DNA of 64,000 nt, from NCBI GenBank assembly GCA_045535515.1, contig JAZSLT010000016.1, positions 11,598 to 75,597 of the forward strand, given 5' to 3'. How positions within the stretch are numbered: the first letter of the stretch is position 1; each line of letters opens with the position of its first letter. The notes under the pieces are model-generated. The model was not told where the DNA came from, searched no databases, and saw only the letters and a list, made by a program, of their open reading frames with translations. Made by a program: the position numbers and the translations under genes. The stretch comes from Clostridia bacterium. GTDB taxonomy: Bacteria; Bacillota; Clostridia; UMGS1883; UMGS1540. Positions 45,024 through 54,037 of this stretch are shown piece after piece.

Positions 45024-46262
45024 ATGAAATTCCTACGGCAGGGCCTTTCTATAATCCTTTTCTGCGTGCTTTTTGTTGTACCCGCAGCGGCAGAGGGAAT
45101 GGAAGAGGCATTTGTGACGGCAGAGATGCTGCCGACCTTTGACAAGGTGCATGTACATATCGAACTGACAAACGCACCCGATGGGGAAGGGGAGCTTACC
45201 TTCGGTCTATACCCCGAAGGGGCAGGCGAGGCGGTCGATACGGAAACGGTTATGGTAAAACCGAACGATACAAGCTTTAACATGGAGTTTTCCGTGCCGG
45301 AATATGAAATCGGCGCTACCTTCCTTTTGAAATTGGAAAGCGGCGAGGCGGCGATGGGATTTATAGAGCCTGCGTACAGGGAGCTTTGGTTGCAGACCTA
45401 TATCTGGGCAGAGGACGAAAAGCCGATGTACCAAACCGGTTTCTATTTAAGCATGGAGCCGAAATGGAGAAGGAATGTCCGCGTACAGATGGGTACAATG
45501 CCGGTTCCGGCCCCCTACTACCCGATAAATGGGGATGTATATGTAAGCGATAGTGTATTTTCGGCTCTGGGGATTACGGTTACCAAAACGGCGAGTGATA
45601 TTTTCCTCCGGTCCCAGACCGGTAGCTACTCTATGCAGTTTTTCAGAGATAACATTTTTGCCTGCCGCGGTGGCGTGGGATACAATTTGTCCGCACCCGT
45701 GTTTTGCCAAGGGGAAAACTGGTATCTGCCGCTTTCGGAGGTAGGGACATATTTTGCCTGTTCCTATGCCAGAATAGATTTAAACCGGGAGGCCTTACAT
45801 ACTGTACAGCGCTCTGCATACGCACCCTTGCCGGAAGAAAACAATTCGGACAGCGAAAGCTATGTAAATAGTCGAGATATCGAAAGCCAGACGGATTATC
45901 TTATCTGGGTTTCCAAAAAGGATTATACCGTAAATGTCTACCTTGGCTCGAACCGAAACTGGAGAATGGTGAAAAGCTTTCCTTGCACTATAGGCGCACC
46001 GAATACGCCCACCATTGAAGGCGAATTTGAATATATTGAGTACCTTAATAGGTGGCCATATCCCGATTACTATTGCGGGCCGGTTATGCGTTTTCATGGT
46101 GGGTATGCCTTGCACTCCACTTTAATCCGCTATGACGGAACACCCTACGATGACCGCGTCGGCATGCAGCTTTCACTCGGTTGCATACGCCTGCATCCGG
46201 AGGATATTAACTGGCTGGTTGCCTATGCGCCCATGTATACGAAAATTGTGATTACGCCGTAA
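45024..46262 (+). CDS. secreted L,D-transpeptidase (YkuD domain) with N-terminal accessory domain
   Basis: Signal peptide. C-terminal HSTL...SLGCIRL matches the (S/T)HGC(I/V)R catalytic motif. Extended -10 promoter TTGACT-17-TGgTATTAT upstream. Terminator at 46261-46293. Confidence 0.7.
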   Translation: MKFLRQGLSIILFCVLFVVPAAAEGMEEAFVTAEMLPTFDKVHVHIELTNAPDGEGELTFGLYPEGAGEAVDTETVMVKPNDTSFNMEFSVPEYEIGATFLLKLESGEAAMGFIEPAYRELWLQTYIWAEDEKPMYQTGFYLSMEPKWRRNVRVQMGTMPVPAPYYPINGDVYVSDSVFSALGITVTKTASDIFLRSQTGSYSMQFFRDNIFACRGGVGYNLSAPVFCQGENWYLPLSEVGTYFACSYARIDLNREALHTVQRSAYAPLPEENNSDSESYVNSRDIESQTDYLIWVSKKDYTVNVYLGSNRNWRMVKSFPCTIGAPNTPTIEGEFEYIEYLNRWPYPDYYCGPVMRFHGGYALHSTLIRYDGTPYDDRVGMQLSLGCIRLHPEDINWLVAYAPMYTKIVITP

Positions 46263-46303
46263 AAAAAGGGACCTCTAAGCGAGGTCCCTTTTCGCATAAG
46301 CAT

Positions 46304-47473
46304 CTATCGCACAATATTTTGGCTGTATTCTATATCAAAAAGCCTGTCACATAAATTAAAGGCCGTGCCGTAAAAAATATTTTCCTCCGTTTCATTCGTT
46401 CGTTTTATGAGCAGCTTTTTGGTAAGGGTGGGGTACGCGCGCCGTTGCATTTCCAGCTCCGCCTCTTTTATCAGCGAAGGGCAGCACTCAAAATCGCCTG
46501 CATTAATCACCATAACGGAGGGATTGAACAGATTTACGAGATTAGCAAGGCCTATCCCCAAATACCGTCCACATTCGAGGATGGCATGCACGGCGGCCTC
46601 CTCACCTTTTTCGTAAAGCTTATCCATTTCCGCTAAAGAGGGCGCCTTTTTGCCGGTTGCCTGTTCGTAAAGGGACATAAGCCTTTGCGCGGAGCACATA
46701 GCCTCCAGACAGCCGCGGTTTCCGCAAAAACAGGCTTCGCCGTGAATGTCTACGGTCGTGTGTCCTATTTCGCCCAAAGTAGAGCGGGAGATGGCGCCGC
46801 CAAAAAACTGTACGGCCCCGATGCCGTTATCCATATCCACAAAAAGCATGTTATCCCGAAGGCTCTTGCTATGCTTATGAAAGTACCAGACCGCCCTTAC
46901 AAGCGAAACATTATCAACAAAAACAGGCAGGGCGGTGGCCGCTTGTAAGCTCTTTTTTATATCAAAGGACTTCCATTTAAGACGCGAGGAAAAAACGAAA
47001 TTACTGTCATCGAGTATAAGGCCGGAAATCGCAAGACCGATGCCGAGGATTTTATCCGCTCGGTGCCTTTTGATAAGCGTGAGCGTGTTTTTGCAAAGCG
47101 CATCCATCGTATCGGAGGCCGTCAGGGTGTCCATTTTCATTTTAATTCTGTCTTTCGTATGCCCGGCAAGGTCTGTATACGCAATATTTATATAGTTTTC
47201 ATGGAGATAAATACAAATCAGACTATAGTTTTGCACGCAAAACCGCAGAAGAACACTCTTCCTTCCCACGCGCCCCACCTTTTCCACACCGCTTTCATAG
47301 AGCACACCAAGCTCCAGAAGATAAGAAGTGATATTGGTAATGGAAGCGAGGGAGAGGCCTGTTTTTTCCGCAATAAAGGGCCTAGTCACATCCGGATTAT
47401 GGCGGATGAAATCCAGAACCTTCAGCCTGTTCATCTGCTGCATGAGCTGCACATTTCCAACTTGCGTATTCAT
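46304..47473 (-). CDS. ROK family transcriptional regulator (NagC/XylR type)
   Basis: N-terminal HTH, ROK sugar-kinase fold and zinc motif GEACFCGNRGCLE. Divergent from the amino-sugar operon. Confidence 0.8.
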   Translation of the reverse strand: MNTQVGNVQLMQQMNRLKVLDFIRHNPDVTRPFIAEKTGLSLASITNITSYLLELGVLYESGVEKVGRVGRKSVLLRFCVQNYSLICIYLHENYINIAYTDLAGHTKDRIKMKMDTLTASDTMDALCKNTLTLIKRHRADKILGIGLAISGLILDDSNFVFSSRLKWKSFDIKKSLQAATALPVFVDNVSLVRAVWYFHKHSKSLRDNMLFVDMDNGIGAVQFFGGAISRSTLGEIGHTTVDIHGEACFCGNRGCLEAMCSAQRLMSLYEQATGKKAPSLAEMDKLYEKGEEAAVHAILECGRYLGIGLANLVNLFNPSVMVINAGDFECCPSLIKEAELEMQRRAYPTLTKKLLIKRTNETEENIFYGTAFNLCDRLFDIEYSQNIVR

Positions 47474-47646
47474 TCTTTCTCACCTGCCGATTGATAAATT
47501 TCCTCTGTCAGTATATCACCGCACGAAAAAAATGTCAATAATATATATTTTCTATTGACAAGCGGCGCGTATAATGATACAATTAATTTAGACGGTAAAA
47601 GAATTAGTTTAACCCCAAAATACGGGACGAAAAGGAGCAAGGGCAT

Positions 47647-48271
47647 GAAGGATATACATTTGCTGGGAAAGAAAATAATAGTCGATAAATCCCCCGTTTT
47701 GTTTTCGTACCAGCCGGACGAAAACTGGCAGGAATACTGGTTTGCCGGAACGGGAACCTGGAAGCATGAAAACGGCTACCTCATCGGAGAAGAAAGACAA
47801 AACCGCGGCGGTATATTGATGTCCAAGGAAAGATTTGACAAGGACATTATGTTCAGCTTTACCATCGGTGCTGTTTTGCCGGCTACAAGAGATGTAAACG
47901 CTGTTTTTTGCGCCGATTGGGATAAAGAAACCGATTATCTCGCGGATTCTTACATCTGCGGTTTAAACGGCTGGTATGAAGGAAAGAGCGGCATCGAGAG
48001 AAACGCAAGATACGGCTCGCCGCTGTATGCTACCACCGCCTCGTACACTTATGTACCCGGCAGCGAGGTACGCATGACGGCGGGCGCCATAAAGGGCCAT
48101 ACCTTTATGGTAGTGGACGATGAACTGGTGACAGAGCTGATTGACCCGGACCCGCTTTTGGGCGGACGCGTCGGCTTTTCTGCATATTGCACCAAGCTCA
48201 AAATCAAGGATATCGAGGTTCGTGAAATATTTTGGGAGGAATTCCCACAAAAATATATTCCAGAATTTTAA
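47647..48271 (+). CDS. concanavalin/LamG-like small protein (possibly DUF1961/YesU-like)
   Basis: 208 aa from the ATG 8 nt after AAAGGAG. Beta-rich, no signal peptide. Family assignment is from weak recollection only. Confidence 0.25.
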
Positions 48272-48283
48272 GGAGAGAGTAAA

Positions 48284-49594
48284 ATGGGAAAACAAACAAC
48301 TGATTTTCGGTACAACACAGGAGCGACCAGAGTGCCCTGGGCGGCAGTAGGTGAAAACTATAATGTACAGGACCTTATGGAAATTATCCGTTTTCTGATG
48401 CAGGGTGAAGGCAAGGAATATACGGATGCGCTGGAGGCTGTTTGGGAGCAGGTGAAAAAGCTGGATGCGCTGGCAACACCGCCCGGAAAGCTTTCCCTCG
48501 GCCGCAAGGTGGAAGAGGCAGAAAATCTCTGTAACGAATACCTCGGCACAGACACCTCTACCTTCGTAACCAATGCCACCGCCGGTTTTGAAATTGCTTA
48601 TAAGTATGCCAATCTCAAAGCAGGGGACGAGGTTATCGTTCCGGCCATCACCTTTGTAGCGACTATGGCTTATCCGCTTTCCATCGGCTGCAAGCTGGTG
48701 TTTGCGGATGTAGACCCGAAGACTATCAACATGGACCCCGCCGATGTAGCCAGAAAGATTACCGACAAAACGAAGATGATTGTGCCGGTACATATTGGCG
48801 GCTATCCGGTGGATATGGACCCGATTATGGAGCTTGCCAGAAAGCACAACATTCTGGTTTTAGAGGATGCGGCACACGCCTTTGGCGCTATGTATAAGGG
48901 CAAGAAAATCGGCACCATCGGTGATTTTGCAGCCTTCTCCATGCACGAGGTTAAGAATATCACTTCCTTCGGCGAAGGCGGTATTTTAACAACAACCGTT
49001 CCCGGCTTTGGCCCGGACATGAAGAGAGCGCGTTTCCTCGGTCTGGACTTCTCCTGCCCGATAAAGGATTGGCTCTACAACATTACACCGATTCCCGGCA
49101 AAGAAGGCCCGTTTGTAGCCGGCAACTCCTCTACAACGGAAATTCAGGGTCTTGGTCTTTCGCTGCAGATTGCGCGTAACGAAGAGATTATCGCCAAGAG
49201 AACGGCGGCCGCTAAATATCTGACAGAGAGATTTGCCGAAAACGATGCGATTATCCCGCAGGACCTCGGCAATGCCGACATTAAACCGAGCTACCATCTG
49301 TATCTTCTGCAGATTGACCCGGCCAAGGCGGGCGGCGATATTCAGGTGCTGAAGAAGAAGCTGGAGGAGAAGGGCGTAACACAGATTGCCCACTTTGGTC
49401 CGCTTTACAGATTTAAGGTTGTGCAGGATATGGGTTACGATTCTGACGAAATTGCAAAGACATGCCCCAGTTGCGAAGAAGTATTCTACAAGAGATTTAC
49501 CCATTTGCCGCTGTATGGTCTGAGCGATGAGCAGCTCTCCTATATGGCAGATGCCGTACTGGAATCTGTTGCGGAGATGCAGGCCGGAAAATAA
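48284..49594 (+). CDS. DegT/DnrJ/EryC1/StrS family PLP-dependent sugar aminotransferase (long, NtdA-like)
   Basis: 436 aa; about 60 aa N-terminal extension before the fold-type I aminotransferase core. The Schiff-base lysine is probably in the SMHEVKNITSFGEGG region. Confidence 0.75.
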   Translation: MGKQTTDFRYNTGATRVPWAAVGENYNVQDLMEIIRFLMQGEGKEYTDALEAVWEQVKKLDALATPPGKLSLGRKVEEAENLCNEYLGTDTSTFVTNATAGFEIAYKYANLKAGDEVIVPAITFVATMAYPLSIGCKLVFADVDPKTINMDPADVARKITDKTKMIVPVHIGGYPVDMDPIMELARKHNILVLEDAAHAFGAMYKGKKIGTIGDFAAFSMHEVKNITSFGEGGILTTTVPGFGPDMKRARFLGLDFSCPIKDWLYNITPIPGKEGPFVAGNSSTTEIQGLGLSLQIARNEEIIAKRTAAAKYLTERFAENDAIIPQDLGNADIKPSYHLYLLQIDPAKAGGDIQVLKKKLEEKGVTQIAHFGPLYRFKVVQDMGYDSDEIAKTCPSCEEVFYKRFTHLPLYGLSDEQLSYMADAVLESVAEMQAGK

Positions 49595-49637
49595 ATTTTC
49601 CCGAAGTCTTAGATAGTACAGAAATGGAGTGGGTTAG

Positions 49638-50681
49638 ATGAAAATTAAATGGGGCGTAATCGGCTGTGGCGGTATTGCCGACAGAAGAACTCTGCCGGGC
49701 ATGATGCTGGCCGATAATGCGGAGCTGATTGCCGTTATGGATGCAAACCAGGCGGCGGCCGAGGGCTGCAAGGAAAAGTATCAGGCAAAGTATGCGTTTG
49801 ATAATATACAGGACCTTCTGGCACTTGACGAAATCGAGGCGGTATACATTGCATCCCCCGTATTTTGCCACAAGGAGCAGGCCATGGCGGCCGCTGATGC
49901 CGGCAAGGATATCTTAATCGAAAAGCCGGTGGGGCTGACCTCCGAGGAAGCTGAAGAAATTGCGGCTTACTGCGAGAAAAAGGGGGTAAAGCTGGGTGTT
50001 GGTTTTATGATGCGCTTTCATGCCTACCACCAGAAAATGCGTGAAATCGTACAGGGCGGCAAAATAGGTGACATCGTTTCGGCGCGCGCACAGCTGACTT
50101 GCTGGTACCCGAAAATGGAGAATTGCTGGCGGCAGGACATAAAGCTTTCCGGCGGCGGTGCGATGATGGATATGGGCGTGCATTGTGTGGACCTTATCCG
50201 CTATATTACGGGCATGGAGGTTACGGAGGCGGCAGGCCTTGTCGGCAACCAGGTCTTTGATTACAGTGTAGAGGATGCCGGCGCCGTCATCATGCGCCTT
50301 TCCAACGGTGCCGTAGCGTATGTGGACGCTAATTTCAATATTCCGGATGCGGCGGCAAAGTGCAAGATTGAGTTTTACGGCACAAAGGGCAGCATCTTTG
50401 CCGAGGGCACCATTTCACAGGTAGAAGGCGGCGAAATTGAGGTGCTTTGCGCCGACTCTTCTCTGGGATACGATGCAAACCAGAACCGCGAGAGCGTAGT
50501 TCCCATGGAAATTGCCGTTACCTTCGGCAATATGTACACGAAGGAAATCGAAGGCTTTGGCCGCGCGGTGGCAGGCGAGGGCGAGGTTCCCGTAACGGCC
50601 GCCGATGCCATTGCATCGCAGAAGGTTATCGAGGCCGCTTATACAAGCTGCGCTTCCAAGAAATACGAAAAACTGGTATAA
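49638..50681 (+). CDS. Gfo/Idh/MocA family sugar oxidoreductase (NtdC-like)
   Basis: N-terminal Rossmann KIKWGVIGCGGIA and EKP motif. Terminator at 50691-50720. Confidence 0.8.
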   Translation: MKIKWGVIGCGGIADRRTLPGMMLADNAELIAVMDANQAAAEGCKEKYQAKYAFDNIQDLLALDEIEAVYIASPVFCHKEQAMAAADAGKDILIEKPVGLTSEEAEEIAAYCEKKGVKLGVGFMMRFHAYHQKMREIVQGGKIGDIVSARAQLTCWYPKMENCWRQDIKLSGGGAMMDMGVHCVDLIRYITGMEVTEAAGLVGNQVFDYSVEDAGAVIMRLSNGAVAYVDANFNIPDAAAKCKIEFYGTKGSIFAEGTISQVEGGEIEVLCADSSLGYDANQNRESVVPMEIAVTFGNMYTKEIEGFGRAVAGEGEVPVTAADAIASQKVIEAAYTSCASKKYEKLV

Positions 50682-50790
50682 AAAAACGAGAAAACGGGAT
50701 GTGAGAACATCCCGTTTTTTATATGTGGTATTGCTTTTTTGTGTTTTATATGGTATTCTAATGGTATAAAGGGGAAGGAGAGGAAATAAA

Positions 50791-51513
50791 ATGAAAATTT
50801 TGTCCATTGGCAACAGCTTTTCGGAAGATGCCCAGCGGTATCTGCACCGTTTGGCAAAAAGCGGCGGTGTGGATATGAAATGCGTAAATTTATATATTGG
50901 CGGTTGTTCTTTAAAAACCCATTATTATAATATGCTGGAGGACAGTAAGGCGTATGCCTTCCAGTTTGACGGGGAAGATACGAAAATCAAGGTGACCATC
51001 AAGGAAGCGCTTATGAGCGATGAATGGGATTACATCACGCTGCAACAGGTAAGCGCCCAGTCTCCGGATTACAAAACCTATCAGCCGTACTTAAATGCAC
51101 TTACAGACTATGTACGGAAATACTGTCCGCACAGTAAAATACTGCTGCACCAGACATGGGCGTATGAGGACGGCTGCTCGCGCCTTGTAGAAACGCTCCG
51201 GTACCCGGGGGCAAAAGATATGTTTGCCGATATCGAAAAGGCGTATATGGTGGCCAAAGAGGAAATCGGGGCCGATGGCATCATCCCGTGCGGAGAAGTG
51301 TTTATAAAAGCCTTGGAGGGCGGCATCGGCAAAATACATAGGGATTGCTACCATGCCGACCTCGGTATAGGCCGCTATGCTCTCGCGCTGACATGGTACA
51401 CATATTTGACCAAAAACAACCCTGTCGGGCTACCTTTTGATGCGTTCGATGTGCCGGTAGAGGCAAAGGAAAAAGAAATTATCGAAAAAATTGTAGCAGG
51501 CGTTTGCCTGTAG
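50791..51513 (+). CDS. SGNH-like hydrolase-fold protein (DUF4886-like)
   Basis: N-terminal ILSIGNSFSED resembles the GNSFS block I associate with DUF4886/SGNH-like proteins. 240 aa, no signal peptide. Confidence 0.35.
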   Translation: MKILSIGNSFSEDAQRYLHRLAKSGGVDMKCVNLYIGGCSLKTHYYNMLEDSKAYAFQFDGEDTKIKVTIKEALMSDEWDYITLQQVSAQSPDYKTYQPYLNALTDYVRKYCPHSKILLHQTWAYEDGCSRLVETLRYPGAKDMFADIEKAYMVAKEEIGADGIIPCGEVFIKALEGGIGKIHRDCYHADLGIGRYALALTWYTYLTKNNPVGLPFDAFDVPVEAKEKEIIEKIVAGVCL

Positions 51514-51521
51514 GAGGAAAA

Positions 51522-52664
51522 ATGCAAGCAATCGTGGGCGGCAAAATCATTTTGGAGGATACTATAGTCGAAGGGAAGGCTCTTTTATTCTCGGAGAAGA
51601 TAGAAGGAGTTTGTGATGGGAGCGAAATCCCTTCGGACGCTGCGGTGATAGAGGCAGAGGGCGGATATGTAGCCCCCGGCCTTATCGACCTGCATATACA
51701 CGGGTTTCTCGGCCGCGATGTTTGTGATGCCAGCGAGGAGAGCCTCCGCCTGATATCGGGCGGTCTTTTGGAAAATGGTGTTACCGGCTACCTGCCGACA
51801 ACGATGACCGTAGACATGGACAATATAAAAGCGTCGGTAGAAATGATTGGCCGTCTTATGGAGGAAAGCCGCTCCTGGAATGGGAGCCGGATACTCGGAT
51901 GCCATGCGGAAGGCCCCTTTATAAACGAGGGAAAAAAGGGCGCACAAGTTGCAAGGCATATAAAAAAGCCCGATGCAGATTTTGTGAAAGCATACAAGGA
52001 TATTCTGAAAATTATATCCCTTGCGCCGGAGAAGGATACAGAGGATTTCCGCGTTATAGGGGAAATCAAAAGAAAAACAGATGTAGTTGTCTCCATGGGC
52101 CATACGGCGGCGGACTACGAAACCGCAAAAGCGAGCATGCAGGCGGGGGTGGCGCATGTTACGCATCTTTTTAATGCCATGACGCCCATTTCCCATCGTG
52201 CGCCTGGTGCGGCGGTGGCGGCACTCGGGGAAGATGTAAGCTGTGAGCTGATTGCCGACACCTTCCATGTATCGCCTGCCTTTTATGATATACTTTGGAA
52301 AGTAAAGGGAAGAAAGCTCTGCCTTATCACCGATTGTCTGCCGGCAGGCGGACTTGATGAGGGGGCGTATGCCCTCGGCGGACAGAAGATACTGTATCAT
52401 GATGGAATTTGCCGTCTGGAGGACGGCACGGTGGCCGGCAGTGTGCTCCGTCTTAATCGCGGCGTGTGGAATGTATATCAAAATTCCTCCATTCCGCTTT
52501 GGGAATGTGTCAATGCGGCCTCCTTAAACCCGGCGGCCGTTTTAGGCCTTGCAAGCGAAATCGGCTCTCTGGAAAAGGGGAAGAGGGCGGATATTATTAT
52601 TACGGATAATACCTTCGGCGTGCGGAAAACGATTATGGACGGTCAAATTAAATATGGGGCGTAA
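51522..52664 (+). CDS. nagA: N-acetylglucosamine-6-phosphate deacetylase
   Basis: Amidohydrolase fold with HIHG metal-binding motif; ATG at 51522 lies 4 nt after AGGAGG. Confidence 0.85.
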   Translation: MQAIVGGKIILEDTIVEGKALLFSEKIEGVCDGSEIPSDAAVIEAEGGYVAPGLIDLHIHGFLGRDVCDASEESLRLISGGLLENGVTGYLPTTMTVDMDNIKASVEMIGRLMEESRSWNGSRILGCHAEGPFINEGKKGAQVARHIKKPDADFVKAYKDILKIISLAPEKDTEDFRVIGEIKRKTDVVVSMGHTAADYETAKASMQAGVAHVTHLFNAMTPISHRAPGAAVAALGEDVSCELIADTFHVSPAFYDILWKVKGRKLCLITDCLPAGGLDEGAYALGGQKILYHDGICRLEDGTVAGSVLRLNRGVWNVYQNSSIPLWECVNAASLNPAAVLGLASEIGSLEKGKRADIIITDNTFGVRKTIMDGQIKYGA

Positions 52665-52668
52665 TCTT

Positions 52669-53697
52669 TTACGCCGATAGCGAGGAAATCGTTTTCGACA
52701 GGGCGTGGCCTACAAGCTCTGCACAGTAAAGCGCCTCCTCCATCGTGTTGCCGCAAGAGCCGATTTCAATGAGAAGCGCGCCCTCTGCGGCATGGCCGTT
52801 AAAGCGTTCGGTACGAAGATGAAGTGGACGCGCCAGCCCCGGATACATCTCACAAAGCGTTTTTTGCAGTTTCAATCCCAGAGAAAGATTTTTTTCCCAG
52901 CTTGGGTGGGTAAGACCGCCTGCGTCGGTGCCAACTACCACGAGGGCCTGTGCAGACGGTTTTCCGTTTATCTCGGCAAGCGTTTTCAAATACGAGCCGT
53001 CGCCTGCGGAAATTGCATCCCTATGCAGGTCAATCACAATTTCAATGGACGGATAGAGCGCCAGATTTTTTTCGATAGTTTCCAGAGAACGACCATAACA
53101 GCCGCTATAGGAAGGATAATCGTGGCTGGTCGTATCGTGGATGGCTGTGATGCCGCCCGCTTCGAGCGTTTGTGCGAGAACGCGGCCGATACGGCAGATG
53201 TTGAAGTCCGTATCCTCGGTCCGATAGGCGTCGGAAGGTGTGTAGCCATATCCTTCGCTCGGGGTGTAGGCTTCCGAGGTGTGCGTATGTAAAATGAGAA
53301 CCTTTGGCTGCATGGCGGTCAGAGGGAAGGGACTTTCTAAAAGCGCCGCTATATCTACCGGATATGCGGTGCTGTTTTTAATTTGCAATACACCGTTTTT
53401 CATAGCCGGCTCGGCCTCGTAGGTGGGATATTCCTCCTGCGGGGGTGTTTCCACCTTCTTTGGCTGGGAAGATGGTAGGGGAACCGTTCTTTTGTCACCG
53501 GGGGCGCGCAACGAAAGCGGAAGTGCCGTAAGGAGTGAAGAGGGAGGTGGCGAAAAATCCGCGCTCGCAAAAACAACTTCTTCCCCCATGAGCGACGGCA
53601 GGGAGGGAAAGACGGATAAAAGCGCCGTGCCAATACCATAAAAAATCGCTGAAAAAAGCAAGAAAAAAAGAACGGGCGTCCGTTTTATTCGCCGCAT
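52669..53697 (-). CDS. spoIIP: stage II sporulation protein P
   Basis: Hallmark LILHTHTSEAY motif and N-terminal signal anchor. Confidence 0.8.
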   Translation of the reverse strand: MRRIKRTPVLFFLLFSAIFYGIGTALLSVFPSLPSLMGEEVVFASADFSPPPSSLLTALPLSLRAPGDKRTVPLPSSQPKKVETPPQEEYPTYEAEPAMKNGVLQIKNSTAYPVDIAALLESPFPLTAMQPKVLILHTHTSEAYTPSEGYGYTPSDAYRTEDTDFNICRIGRVLAQTLEAGGITAIHDTTSHDYPSYSGCYGRSLETIEKNLALYPSIEIVIDLHRDAISAGDGSYLKTLAEINGKPSAQALVVVGTDAGGLTHPSWEKNLSLGLKLQKTLCEMYPGLARPLHLRTERFNGHAAEGALLIEIGSCGNTMEEALYCAELVGHALSKTISSLSA

Positions 53698-53795
53698 ACT
53701 GTTATCACCTCACAGTATGTATTTTATGGACATCCCTTTTATTTTATGTCTGCAAAAAGCGGAGCTGTAAAGAAGTTTACAGCTCCGCTTTTTGG

Positions 53796-53963
53796 TTATT
53801 TCTGTATACCGCGCTCAGCCATTTCAATCGCTCTTGTCACCATGTTGCCGCAATCGCGGGAGCTGACGGCGCCCCAACCCTGCTTTTTCACAATGTCGTA
53901 CACACCAAGCTCCTTGGCAATTTCCTGTTTTAAATTTTCACTCATCATACCGCGTCCGCGCAT
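53796..53963 (-). CDS. small acid-soluble spore protein, alpha/beta type (not in ORF track)
   Basis: Manual reverse-strand translation gives MRGRGMMSENLKQEIAKELGVYDIVKKQGWGAVSSRDCGNMVTRAIEMAERGIQK. GGGAGGG lies 7 nt upstream of the ATG at 53961-53963. Carries SASP germination-protease and DNA-binding signature elements. Confidence 0.65.
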   Translation of the reverse strand: MRGRGMMSENLKQEIAKELGVYDIVKKQGWGAVSSRDCGNMVTRAIEMAERGIQK

Positions 53964-54037
53964 CACTTTGCCCTCCCTTATTCAAAATCGACTTTCCGCT
54001 CTTAGTATTACCGAAGGGCGGGAGATTATCGGCGGTG

